This document shows, piece by piece, positions 49,304-59,485 of a DNA stretch of 64,000 bases. A program made the translations under genes and the position numbers. The notes below the pieces were generated by a model that was not told the DNA's origin, made no database searches, and was given only the letters and a program-made list of their open reading frames with translations. The stretch spans positions 32,001 to 96,000 of the forward strand of contig JBEKKK010000001.1 of assembly GCA_050010755.1 (NCBI GenBank), written 5' to 3'. Source of the stretch: Candidatus Bathyarchaeia archaeon (GTDB lineage Archaea; Thermoproteota; Bathyarchaeia; Bathyarchaeales; Bathycorpusculaceae). The stretch's first letter is position 1, and every line of letters begins with the position of its first letter.

Positions 49304-52285
49304 ATGTTTATGAACAGAAAGTATATTTCACTATTTGTTCTACTTGCCACATTTCTTTTCTTGGGCGCGTTCACAGGTGCCTACCGACTTGTGCCCATAG
49401 CCAAGGCAACATACGTTGAAGGAACCATCACACAAGATACGATTTGGACTCTGGTTGACAGTCCGTTCATTGTCTCAAACAACATTATTGTGAAACCAGG
49501 GGCAACCTTGACCATAGAACCTGGAGTCCAAGTGAGATTTGGAGACAACTTCTCTCTATTGGTAAACGGGGGAATCGTCGCAGACGGCACAAGCGACAAA
49601 GTGATACAGTTCACGTCTGATGATGTGAACGCCAGCACGGGAGCGTGGGGAACAATACGGATTAACGGAACCCTGCAGTCCTCGATTACAAACTGCATAG
49701 TTGAATATGGACAAGCTGGCATAACGCTCGACGGAGGCTCTCTAAACCTTCAAAACGACAGCGTTGGATACAATTTGAACGGCACCGTGGTGAACAGTGG
49801 CAGCATAACAGTTGAGAACGACCAGATTGTCAACAACACCGTGGACGGCATCAACATAGCCGGAGGCGCTGAAGCTACAGTGCAAAACAATGTTATAAGT
49901 CTAAACGGAAACGGCATCGATTTAACTGGAGATTTGACTGGAAACATAAACATAACACAAAACAATATCATCCTGAACAACCAAAGCGGAATCGCGCTCG
50001 AGGCTGATGCATACCAAAACACCGTCATCATTCAAAACAATCTTTCATTAAACAACTATGGATTTTATGTAGAAACAAACACGAGCACTTACATCACCAA
50101 CAATTACATTTCAAACAATACGGACGGAATCTTCTACCAAGCCGGAAACGGCAATGAAGCTCATTTCAACGATATCTACAATAACACGATGGGTATGGAC
50201 GTTTCGCTCCAAGCCAACGTGAATGCAACCTACAATTACTGGGGCGACGAGAGTGGCCCGTTCCACAGTTCTCTGAACCCAAATGGAAAAGGAAACCCAG
50301 TTGGTGGCGATGGAGTAGACCTTGAGTTCATATTCTTTTTGTCAAAACCTTTCGAATATAACAACACGCCCCCGACAGCCGTTCTTCAAACTGACAAGGC
50401 GACGGTTGCACCAGACGAAAACGTAACCTTCATCGGCACAAACTCGTTCGACGATGGACGCGTTGACCAATACTTCTACGACTTCGGAGATGGAGCAAAC
50501 AGCGGATGGACAACGTTGTCCCTCTTCAACCACACCTACACCAGCATAGGAACATACTATGCGAGTCTAACGGTTATGGACGATTTTGGGAACTTGAGCC
50601 AAAATCCTGCAACAGTAGCCATCTCAGTCCAGAATCTGGCGCCGCTGAGCGTCTCGATGACGCTGAACAGCCTTGTGGCTGATGACAACGGAAATGTCAG
50701 TGTCACAGTTTACGTGTCCGATCAATATGGAACAGCAGTAGCAAATGCAGCAATAACGTTACTTCCGCTAAAGGGCGGAAGTTTCTCGCCAGCATCAGGT
50801 GTAACTGACTCAACAGGCCAATTTGAGACAACATTCACAGCGCCAAACGTTACAGACACCACTTACATCAGATTAATCGCGACTGCCACTGAAACCGGAT
50901 ATGCTGACGGTTCCGCCTACACGTACGTCAAGGTTCTCTCACCGTTGCTTATCCAAATGACAACTTCGCCCACGACAGTAAAATCTGAAGCCAACATCGC
51001 GGTGATTTTCAGTGTTACGAACGGTATCGGTCAGCCCATCGCCAATGCCTCACTCACAGCAGTCTCAGACAACGGAACACTCTCAACAAACACTGGGATG
51101 ACCGCTGCAGACGGCACCGTGGCATTCAATTTCACTGCCCCCTACACGCTTGCCCCCGCAAACGTCACTTTCACAATAACAGCCCAAGAGCCAGGGTTCA
51201 CGACCGGGAATGATCAAGAAACAATAACGGTATTACCAAACATCCTGGCCGTAGAATTGACTCCTCAATTCCCAACAATCGTTTCTGAAGGAAACACAAG
51301 CGTAACTGCCCTCGTAACATGTGACACAATTCCTGTACCAAACGCAAACGTCACCGTATCATCAGGCAACCGAGGAAACTTCACTTCAATCACAGGAGTC
51401 ACGGATTCAAATGGCCTCGCAAACTTTCTTTTCACAGCACCGCAGACAACATCGCTGCTCAACACGACATTAACGGCTACAGCATCAAAGAGTCATTACA
51501 TAGATGGAACAGGTCAAACAGTCATAAGCATAGTACCAAAAACGCTAATCGTGCAGTTGACAGCCCAAAACTATACTGCAAGTTCAGAAGATAATGTGTC
51601 TATGACGGTCAAAGTGACTTACAATCTTGCTCCAGTTCAAAACGTCAAGGTCACCGTGACGACCAGCAATGGAGGGAACTTTTCACAGCCCTTAGAAACG
51701 ACCGACGCCAATGGTTTGGCAACTTTCTTTTTCACAGCACCACAAGCCAATGCTCCAACAGCCGTAACCCTCACGGCCAATTGCTCAAAAACGGGATATG
51801 CTGACGGGCTTGATTTCCTAACGTTAACGGTCAACCCTGGAAACATCAGCGTCCAACTCACCGCCAGCACGTACGCAACCGTACCAGACAGCAGCATCGT
51901 CATGACTGTAAGTGCTACGGCAGGTTCAAGACCAGTTGCAGGCGCCCAAGTAGTCATTTCAACGAATTTCGGTAACTTTTCCAGCACAACGGGTCTCACT
52001 GACGTAAACGGGACGTGCTCATTCGTGTTCAATGCTCCATCGACGAACGTCCAGTTGCCAGTGGTCATAGCGGCCAACGTCACCAAGAACGGATACATCG
52101 GAAATGGGAGCCAAACAACGATAACCGTCGTTCCAGTAACGGTCACTCACAACAATGCGGGCGGCTTTCCAGTGCTGACCATGCTGCTGATACTCATCCC
52201 CGTTATCATTGCCGTTATAGTTGTTGTCTTGGTCAAGATGAAAGTGATTGTCGTTTCTTCGGGGCAGGAGAACGGGTCTGAATAA
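49304..52285 (+). CDS. Large surface adhesin: beta-helix + PKD + ~5 Big_1/invasin-like Ig repeats + C-terminal TM
   Basis: TLTIEPGV, NYWG, YDFGDG, repeated G.TD.NG...F.FTAP...A...GY..G. Confidence 0.82.
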   Translation: MFMNRKYISLFVLLATFLFLGAFTGAYRLVPIAKATYVEGTITQDTIWTLVDSPFIVSNNIIVKPGATLTIEPGVQVRFGDNFSLLVNGGIVADGTSDKVIQFTSDDVNASTGAWGTIRINGTLQSSITNCIVEYGQAGITLDGGSLNLQNDSVGYNLNGTVVNSGSITVENDQIVNNTVDGINIAGGAEATVQNNVISLNGNGIDLTGDLTGNINITQNNIILNNQSGIALEADAYQNTVIIQNNLSLNNYGFYVETNTSTYITNNYISNNTDGIFYQAGNGNEAHFNDIYNNTMGMDVSLQANVNATYNYWGDESGPFHSSLNPNGKGNPVGGDGVDLEFIFFLSKPFEYNNTPPTAVLQTDKATVAPDENVTFIGTNSFDDGRVDQYFYDFGDGANSGWTTLSLFNHTYTSIGTYYASLTVMDDFGNLSQNPATVAISVQNLAPLSVSMTLNSLVADDNGNVSVTVYVSDQYGTAVANAAITLLPLKGGSFSPASGVTDSTGQFETTFTAPNVTDTTYIRLIATATETGYADGSAYTYVKVLSPLLIQMTTSPTTVKSEANIAVIFSVTNGIGQPIANASLTAVSDNGTLSTNTGMTAADGTVAFNFTAPYTLAPANVTFTITAQEPGFTTGNDQETITVLPNILAVELTPQFPTIVSEGNTSVTALVTCDTIPVPNANVTVSSGNRGNFTSITGVTDSNGLANFLFTAPQTTSLLNTTLTATASKSHYIDGTGQTVISIVPKTLIVQLTAQNYTASSEDNVSMTVKVTYNLAPVQNVKVTVTTSNGGNFSQPLETTDANGLATFFFTAPQANAPTAVTLTANCSKTGYADGLDFLTLTVNPGNISVQLTASTYATVPDSSIVMTVSATAGSRPVAGAQVVISTNFGNFSSTTGLTDVNGTCSFVFNAPSTNVQLPVVIAANVTKNGYIGNGSQTTITVVPVTVTHNNAGGFPVLTMLLILIPVIIAVIVVVLVKMKVIVVSSGQENGSE

Positions 52286-52333
52286 GATATCGTGAGACGC
52301 AATATTTAATAGAGTCTTCCGGTCATTAAGTAC

Positions 52334-53980
52334 ATGTACAGGAGAAGAACAATGACACAAGAACGGCTCAAAGGAACATTCGCGAAGCTCAAAAGAGTGC
52401 AGATTAGACTGAACTTCAAGAAACATGAACAGCCGGCACCTGCACCGGCCACTCCGAAAGCCGTGCCCAGAGGGTTCAGAATAGCTGAGAAGTATCCGCT
52501 CTACGAACCCTTCGCACACGTGGCCATTGCACAGAACCCCAAGACTGGAGAGTTCAAGTATGTTCTGGACGAGCTTCAGCTTGATCCTCTTGAGAGAAGT
52601 GTTTACCAGAGAATCTTGGAGATACTTCTCGCCGAGATAGAATCGCCGAAAGAAGAGATTGCGGATCCGAGAAAATTTTTTGCTGATGAAGCTAAGAAAA
52701 TCGTGGATAAGTATCGGATAAGCTTGGGTTGGTTGCCGGACGTTTCGTGGTACAAGATTCTCTACCACGCTGAGAGAGATCTCGTAGGTTTCAGTTCAAT
52801 TGACCCGCTGATGCGTGACCCGAACATCGAAGACATATCGTGTGATGGAGTTCAGAGGTCGGTCTACATATGGCACAGAACCTATGAGAGCATCGAAACA
52901 AACATCCAGTTTGAAAACGACGAAGAACTCGACAACATGGTCGTCAAACTTGTTCACATGGCAGGAAAACACGTCAGCTCAGCCTTTCCAATAGTAGATG
53001 CTTCTTTGCCAGGAAAACACAGACTGGCAGTCTGCTACAGGCGCGAGATCACGCCCTTCGGCACCGCCTTCACCATCAGAAAATTCAGAGAAGATCCATA
53101 CTCGATAATAGACCTGATCAACATCGGCACCTTCTCAGAAGAAATGGCCGCTTACTTCTGGATGTGCCTTGAAAATAGATCGTCAATAATGGTTCTGGGA
53201 GGAACGGCTGCCGGCAAAACCACAGCACTAAACGCCCTGGCCTGCCTGATCAAGCCCGGAAGCAAGATAATCACCATCGAAGAAACGGCAGAACTCAACC
53301 TGCCTCATGAAAACTGGATTTCACTGATTGCAAGACAGAGCTACGGTTTAGGAGGAAACAGCATAGGCGAAGTTGCCCTCTTCGACCTAGTAAAAACTTC
53401 GATGAGACACCGCCCGGACATACTAATAGTAGGCGAGGTCCGAGGCCAAGAAGCCTACGTTCTTTTCCAAGCGCTGGCCACCGGCCACGGCGGAATGTGC
53501 ACAATGCACGCAGAAAACCTAGACTCAGCGCTCAAACGTCTAACGCAAAAACCCATGGACATCTCGCCAGCCTATCTTCCTCTAATGAACATAATACTCT
53601 CAATTCAAAGAGTTCACCTCGTGAAAAACAATGAGAGGAGAGCCTACAGACGTGTCCTCAACGTTAATGAAATCGCGGATTACCAAGATTACAGGGGAAT
53701 CTTCAAATGGGCGCCGGCCGAGGACCAACACGTACCGAGTTATGACAAGAGCGTCATGCTACCAGCGATTTCTGAACGAATAGGTTGGACCAAAAAAGAC
53801 CTGATCGATGAGATTGAGAGACGCAAGAATGTTCTGCACTGGATGATAGAACGCAAGATAAGAAGTTACAAGGACGTCGCAGCGATAATCGCAGAATACT
53901 ATGCAAGGCCGAAACAGTTTTACGAAAAAGTCCAAGCAGGGGAGGAGGTCAAGGTTATTGCCCATTCTAAAAACCCTTGA
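52334..53980 (+). CDS. Type IV pilus assembly ATPase (FlaI/VirB11 family)
   Basis: IEDISCDG, TIRKF, GGTAAGKT, IEE..EL, RHRPD..IVGEVRG, TGH...TMH. Confidence 0.93.
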   Translation: MYRRRTMTQERLKGTFAKLKRVQIRLNFKKHEQPAPAPATPKAVPRGFRIAEKYPLYEPFAHVAIAQNPKTGEFKYVLDELQLDPLERSVYQRILEILLAEIESPKEEIADPRKFFADEAKKIVDKYRISLGWLPDVSWYKILYHAERDLVGFSSIDPLMRDPNIEDISCDGVQRSVYIWHRTYESIETNIQFENDEELDNMVVKLVHMAGKHVSSAFPIVDASLPGKHRLAVCYRREITPFGTAFTIRKFREDPYSIIDLINIGTFSEEMAAYFWMCLENRSSIMVLGGTAAGKTTALNALACLIKPGSKIITIEETAELNLPHENWISLIARQSYGLGGNSIGEVALFDLVKTSMRHRPDILIVGEVRGQEAYVLFQALATGHGGMCTMHAENLDSALKRLTQKPMDISPAYLPLMNIILSIQRVHLVKNNERRAYRRVLNVNEIADYQDYRGIFKWAPAEDQHVPSYDKSVMLPAISERIGWTKKDLIDEIERRKNVLHWMIERKIRSYKDVAAIIAEYYARPKQFYEKVQAGEEVKVIAHSKNP

Positions 53981-55637
53981 GGCATGGTCATTCCGTCTCT
54001 TCGGACCCATTGCACCGTCCTTTCTGAAGAACGTGTTCGAGTTCAAGGGTTACCTTGAACGGGCAAAAATCAAGATGTACCCCGAAACATACGTCTCACT
54101 AATGTTCTTTGCTGCTGTGATGATGATTCCATTGTCGATAGTTGCGGCTGTAATCGTTATTCTAACCGGTTTCCTGCCACTCATTTTCTTGATACCAACT
54201 CCGTTTTACGTGATGATCGGATTCATGGCTGTTCCCATGTCCAGATCCGGCGAAAGAGCGAGCAATCTGGAAAGAGAAATGCCCTTTGCCACAGCCTACA
54301 TCAGCGTCATGGCTGCAGGCGGCATAGCGCCGTACACCAGTTTTAAGAGACTCGCACAAGTCGAACTGATGCCAGCGATGAAGACCGAAGCAAGGGAAAT
54401 CATAAAAGATGTGGAGATATTTGGAATAGACCCTTTGACGGCGATTCAGAACGCGGCGAAGAAAAACCCGTTAGACATTTTCAAAGACTTTCTCTCAGGA
54501 TACTCATCGACCGTAATCATCGGCGGAGACATCGGACACTTCTTGGAAAGGAAGGCAGAAGACATTTTCAAGGCGAGAGCATTACGCGTCAAAGCCGCAG
54601 CTGAGCGGCTTGGAATGCTCCTGGAGACGTTCATTATAGTCAACGTCATGATGTCCCTCTGCTTTTACATAATGTTCAGCGTACAAAACATTGGCGTCGG
54701 AGGAGCATCTGGCGGCGGCAATGTATCAACCATCATTCTCTACACGTTCGTCCTGAGTCCAATGCTGTCAATAATGTTCGTCTATTTGGCGCACAGTATG
54801 CAACCCAAGACGCCGGTTGTTGAAATGCGCCCCTACAAGGTTTTCGGAGTCTGTTCCGTAGCAGGATTGGCGTTGTTCCTCTTCCTCTTTCTAGGTGGCA
54901 GTTTTGGCATACTGAGTCAGATGCCGGTGGCACTCGCGCTGGCATTGTTCGTTTCAACTGCGCCTGCAGCCGTGGTTCACGGTAAACTTTCAGGCAAGAA
55001 GACAAGCATTGAACAGGGCGTGAACAGTTTTCTGAGAGACATGACGGAAGTCAGAAAGACTGGACTTTCACCCGAGAAGTGCATTGAAAGTCTTTCGCAT
55101 CGTGAATACGGCGTGTTCAGCAAGGAGCTCCGAAAAATCAGCTCAGAAATTTCTTGGGGAATCCCACTGAAGAAGGTGATGATGGACTTCATAGATAGGA
55201 CGAGAAGTTGGATGACGCAGATCGTCATGTTCTTGCTCGTTGAGACAGTGGATGTCGGCGGTGGAACTATTGAAATGATAGAGTCGCTTGCAAGATTCAA
55301 CAACCTGACCCAAGAGGTTGAAAAAGAAAAGAAATCTTCAACCCGACCCTACATCATGATGCCCTACTTTGCGGCACTTCTTCTCGTCGTCACCACTTCC
55401 ATGATGCTGGGTTTCACAACGGGCACCATAGGGGTTGCCGGCTCGGCCCCCCCAGCCAACCTGGGCTGGATCAGACAGGTTTTCATGACATCAGCCATTT
55501 TCTACAGCTACATGGTGGGCATAGTGGCCGGAAAAATTAGCGAGGAATCCATAGCGGCAGGGTTCAAGCACGCGGCGATTCTGGTCATAATCTCAGTCAT
55601 AGCAGCAGAAATATTGCCCTTGTTCATTAAGCTCTGA
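53958..55637 (+). CDS. Type IV pilus platform protein (FlaJ/TadC, two T2SSF domains)
   Basis: Multi-TM with two cytoplasmic domains. TTG start at 53958 after GGAGGAGG. Confidence 0.88.
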   Translation: MPILKTLEAWSFRLFGPIAPSFLKNVFEFKGYLERAKIKMYPETYVSLMFFAAVMMIPLSIVAAVIVILTGFLPLIFLIPTPFYVMIGFMAVPMSRSGERASNLEREMPFATAYISVMAAGGIAPYTSFKRLAQVELMPAMKTEAREIIKDVEIFGIDPLTAIQNAAKKNPLDIFKDFLSGYSSTVIIGGDIGHFLERKAEDIFKARALRVKAAAERLGMLLETFIIVNVMMSLCFYIMFSVQNIGVGGASGGGNVSTIILYTFVLSPMLSIMFVYLAHSMQPKTPVVEMRPYKVFGVCSVAGLALFLFLFLGGSFGILSQMPVALALALFVSTAPAAVVHGKLSGKKTSIEQGVNSFLRDMTEVRKTGLSPEKCIESLSHREYGVFSKELRKISSEISWGIPLKKVMMDFIDRTRSWMTQIVMFLLVETVDVGGGTIEMIESLARFNNLTQEVEKEKKSSTRPYIMMPYFAALLLVVTTSMMLGFTTGTIGVAGSAPPANLGWIRQVFMTSAIFYSYMVGIVAGKISEESIAAGFKHAAILVIISVIAAEILPLFIKL

Positions 55638-55644
55638 GCATGGA

Positions 55645-56487
55645 ATGGAGAGAGTGGAAATGGCTGCAAGAAAATATCTTCGACGCTTTCGAAGGAACAA
55701 ACGAGGCATCAGCCCGGCCATCTCCTCGGTCATATTGACAAGCGCCATCATCGTGATGCTTCTAGTGGTCATTGCTTTCGTAAACAGCTATTTGAACGGG
55801 CAAATTGCTCAAAACGAGTTCAACTCGATGAAGCAGTTCATGCAGACTCTTGGTCTGCAAGTGGATGACGTGGCGTGGATTCCCGGGCGCACTCAAACCT
55901 TAACCTACGCTAGCAGATACGGAGCAATTACGTTTCGATCTCCGGCCTTAACCTACAGTTTCTACTTTGACGGATTGCTCGTGGCCAGCTTCAGCGTTGG
56001 CGTAATTATGTACAACATACCCGTGAGCTCTTATTCGATTGCGAACAATTACTTTGAAGAACTATTTCCATCTTCAAACAGTTTCTTGCAGAACGGCACT
56101 GCTGCGCCCGTGGGCAGAGTGTTTGTCACGGAAGAAATGCCTATGCAGGACGGAAGCTATATCAGGGTAGTGGTCGCGCCTATCGTCCGCCAGCTCAACG
56201 CAGTGATAAACGGCATCAACTATGCGAACTTCTATCTGCCGATTCTCATTCCAGGTCCATCGCCAGAACTGTCGCAGTCAGTTACCATGACAGGATTAAA
56301 CGTCAAACAGGAGATATTCAACAACGTCAACAACGTCACGATCAACGTGGCTGTTCAGACCGCGGGAATAGGTTTGTCAAATAGCTTTTTCAACTTCGGG
56401 GCTACGAGCCAAACTGTCATCCTTGGTCAAAATTCGGTTGTTCAGATTTTCGGGGGGAATGTGACTGTTTCGCTAGGTTCCACCTAG
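55645..56487 (+). CDS. Pilin-like protein with class III signal peptide
   Basis: RNKRG|ISPAISSVIL followed by a hydrophobic helix. Confidence 0.82.
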   Translation: MERVEMAARKYLRRFRRNKRGISPAISSVILTSAIIVMLLVVIAFVNSYLNGQIAQNEFNSMKQFMQTLGLQVDDVAWIPGRTQTLTYASRYGAITFRSPALTYSFYFDGLLVASFSVGVIMYNIPVSSYSIANNYFEELFPSSNSFLQNGTAAPVGRVFVTEEMPMQDGSYIRVVVAPIVRQLNAVINGINYANFYLPILIPGPSPELSQSVTMTGLNVKQEIFNNVNNVTINVAVQTAGIGLSNSFFNFGATSQTVILGQNSVVQIFGGNVTVSLGST

Positions 56488-56509
56488 AAGAGTTAAAGGA
56501 GGCCCATTT

Positions 56510-56992
56510 ATCCCACACGTAACCATCGAACACGTTATCATGATTCCGATTCTCATCGCACAAATATTCCTGTTCCCCATCGTTGCTAGCTATTTGATGA
56601 ATGTTTGGGTTGATTCGCGAAGGACACTTGTACTTCAAGACGCAGCCAGCAACATCGGAAGCACAATACAGCAGATGTACTTCGCACTTAATCATCCCAC
56701 AATACCAGCCGGGACAACCTCCGACCAGTTTGGGCTTCCCCTGTACGTAGACGGGTACTTCTACACGGCAAACGCGACACTTCAACCTTCAAGCTTAGCG
56801 ACAGGTTCTAGCCAGGTACTCGAGATAACAGTCAGATTGGTTACCACCACCAATGAGGTTACATCATCAGTACTGTTAGGTTCAAATGTTCATTGGAATA
56901 GCGCCACGACGTTTGAAAGCAACTCCACGACCGCGGACGCTTACGCCCAGAAGTTTCAAAACGGGACAATATTGTTAGGGTTCGGAGGTTAA
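56510..56992 (+). CDS. Minor pilin-like protein
   Basis: xPHVTIEHVIMIPILIAQIFLFP N-terminal helix. Probable start is ATC at 56510 after GGAGG; first ATG is at 56540. Confidence 0.68.
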   Translation: MPHVTIEHVIMIPILIAQIFLFPIVASYLMNVWVDSRRTLVLQDAASNIGSTIQQMYFALNHPTIPAGTTSDQFGLPLYVDGYFYTANATLQPSSLATGSSQVLEITVRLVTTTNEVTSSVLLGSNVHWNSATTFESNSTTADAYAQKFQNGTILLGFGG

Positions 56993-57009
56993 GCAGGGGC
57001 GGTGTATAA

Positions 57010-58188
57010 GTGGCAGGAGCGACAATAGATCATCTGGTTGCCTTCGTCATTTTCTTAGCGGCCTTACTGCTTTTCATAGGATTCTACAATCAAATGAACC
57101 AAACAGCAATAGTGTATCAATACCACACATCCATAGCGACTAAGTGCAGTGATGTCCTCGACAGCATGCTGTTAAACCCAGGCTCTCCATCCGATTGGGG
57201 GCTCTCAGACAGTAGCACTCAGAGCCTCACGTTCTTTGGTGTGCAAGACCCAGAATTTCAAGAGTATAGGCTGAGCCCGTTTTCCGTTATGAGACTGCTT
57301 TCTCCATCAGCTCAACAATACAATAACGTGTCATGGAACGTGAATGGGGGATATTTGCTCGTTCAATCAAGCGAGTGTATCGGTTATCACAGCGTGACCA
57401 GCATGTTGGGGATAAACGGAACCTATGATTTTCAACTGTCAATCACACCAACCATCACAGTGAGCATATCCCAAGTACCCAGCACTTATTTGGAACTCGA
57501 GATCCAGGCGTACGGAACCGGGTTCCCACTCAGTAACGCTACCGTAAACTATCTTATGTTTTGGGCGACCCCGGGCACGTCAGGTAGTTATCCCGTGCTA
57601 AACTATAATTTCACATCTAATCTTCTTCAAACAGATTCTTCGGGAATGGCATTGATTCCGTTTCCATCCCTAAGCAGTGGAACCGCATTCTGCTTCATAG
57701 CAGAGGTCTACACGGGAGGAATTTACGGAACAGGTTATTTGGCACAAGACACCGTGACGACCGCGGGAAATTTGATTCCCTATATTGAGAGCTACGATGG
57801 GGGAACAGCAAAGATAATGCTCGCCCAGATTGGCATGGGCAACCTGTATTTCAACGCCTCTTTCTATGCTCTACCGAACAATTTCTTGCCGGCCCAAGCC
57901 GGAAACTTTGTCGGCACTGTGAACAGCGGCACGCCTAATGAGAACTTGACTATAACGACGAGTAATCAAACCGGCTTCCTGGTTGTCGCCTATGGAGATG
58001 GAAGCAACTGCGGCATGGTGATAACGCCCCTTGGAGTTTCATCGCTGGGAACGCCGGTGACTTTCGGTGCAAGCGTTTCTGGAAAGAATTGGGTCGCCAC
58101 GGATTTGCGCCAAGTTCTCATCGGAGACATCGCGTATCAGGCAAAATTGTCCTTGTGGAGTCTACAAGGTACTGGAGTGACAGGCTAA
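57010..58188 (+). CDS. Minor pilin-like protein
   Basis: MAG|ATIDHLVAFVIFLAALLLF; PGSPSDW motif. Confidence 0.7.
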   Translation: MAGATIDHLVAFVIFLAALLLFIGFYNQMNQTAIVYQYHTSIATKCSDVLDSMLLNPGSPSDWGLSDSSTQSLTFFGVQDPEFQEYRLSPFSVMRLLSPSAQQYNNVSWNVNGGYLLVQSSECIGYHSVTSMLGINGTYDFQLSITPTITVSISQVPSTYLELEIQAYGTGFPLSNATVNYLMFWATPGTSGSYPVLNYNFTSNLLQTDSSGMALIPFPSLSSGTAFCFIAEVYTGGIYGTGYLAQDTVTTAGNLIPYIESYDGGTAKIMLAQIGMGNLYFNASFYALPNNFLPAQAGNFVGTVNSGTPNENLTITTSNQTGFLVVAYGDGSNCGMVITPLGVSSLGTPVTFGASVSGKNWVATDLRQVLIGDIAYQAKLSLWSLQGTGVTG

Positions 58189-58189
58189 G

Positions 58190-59485
58190 ATGATGCGCAC
58201 AGTTGAAGTGTTGATCGTAGTCATGATAATGACAGGAGCCTTCCTGACAGCCTCGTTCTTTGCTGTTTTACCCTCGCCTCGGCAGGTTTCGCCTCTGAAC
58301 CTGAGCAGACTTTCCTTGACGACGTTGGAGACTCTCGATGCAGCGGGTGGTCTTAGCACCGTTGCCTTCGACCCGACAAACAATACAGCTTGGAATCAGC
58401 TTCAGGTTGCACTCTCAGCCTGTCTGCCATCGAACATAGTCTACAATCTAACCGCTTACGAAGTTTCAGGCGTAAGTGGACAACAACTCTATTCGGCGAG
58501 CAGATCAATTTCCAACGCTCAAAGCTTAGGCGTCGGCTCTAACGCCGCATCATACATGGTTGCCTCCTCTAACGTGACCTTCAGTGTCACACCTCAGAAG
58601 ATTGCAGCAACGCTCTACATATTGAACTGCAGTGACTCGAACGGCTGGTGGATTACAGGATACACTGTTCAAAGCATCGCACAACAATTTCTGGAGATGT
58701 TTAGTTCGTACTTTAACCCGTCCTCCATTGTGATGGTGCAGAACACTACACAGCTTGGACAGCTAATGAGCGGACAACCTCTCGAAAATGAGACTCTTCA
58801 AAATGCCATAGTCATCAACACGTGCGGAGAAGCTGTGCCCATTCCCCAAGCCTATGCAATCAATTATTCAAGCGAATACGATGAGTACTGCTACCAACTA
58901 GGCAAGTGCGTCAACAAGTACAATTGGACTTGGGTGAGCATAGTCGGCTACCCATTCTATTACGTGACAAACACTGTGCAACTCGCAGCAATCCAGAACA
59001 CATGGGGCATATACGGCATGTACATGGACGGTGCTGCGGGACTCAACGCTTTTCTCGAGGGCACAGACAACCAACCATACAATTACAATGACAATTGGCT
59101 GACTAATGATGTCGGCGTCGTAAGCCTTACGGCGACAGCTCTAGGCAACTGCAGCTATTATGGGGTATTCCCTTCCCCCACCCAGACAGCCACTAGAGCC
59201 TTGCCAGATTCAATCACCACTCAATACAACCTTACCGTCGCAAATACTGTTTTGAACCCAACAGGCGGCAACCTGCCCGGATCAGTGTTAAACCACATTT
59301 TCAAAGGAGCCACAAACGTTACAGGATCTCTTTTCGCGCTGGGCGTAACACGAGTCCCAGATACGAGACTCGCAGCCTTGGGAATCTTATCAGACTACAA
59401 CCCCGTGCTCTACAAGTCACAGTACACGGCGGCAGGCACTTCTGAACTCGTCGTTCTACAACTCGGACTAGCAGGAGGATCTTGA
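58190..59485 (+). CDS. Minor pilin-like protein
   Basis: MRTVEVLIVVMIM N-terminal helix followed by a large extracellular domain. Confidence 0.7.
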   Translation: MMRTVEVLIVVMIMTGAFLTASFFAVLPSPRQVSPLNLSRLSLTTLETLDAAGGLSTVAFDPTNNTAWNQLQVALSACLPSNIVYNLTAYEVSGVSGQQLYSASRSISNAQSLGVGSNAASYMVASSNVTFSVTPQKIAATLYILNCSDSNGWWITGYTVQSIAQQFLEMFSSYFNPSSIVMVQNTTQLGQLMSGQPLENETLQNAIVINTCGEAVPIPQAYAINYSSEYDEYCYQLGKCVNKYNWTWVSIVGYPFYYVTNTVQLAAIQNTWGIYGMYMDGAAGLNAFLEGTDNQPYNYNDNWLTNDVGVVSLTATALGNCSYYGVFPSPTQTATRALPDSITTQYNLTVANTVLNPTGGNLPGSVLNHIFKGATNVTGSLFALGVTRVPDTRLAALGILSDYNPVLYKSQYTAAGTSELVVLQLGLAGGS

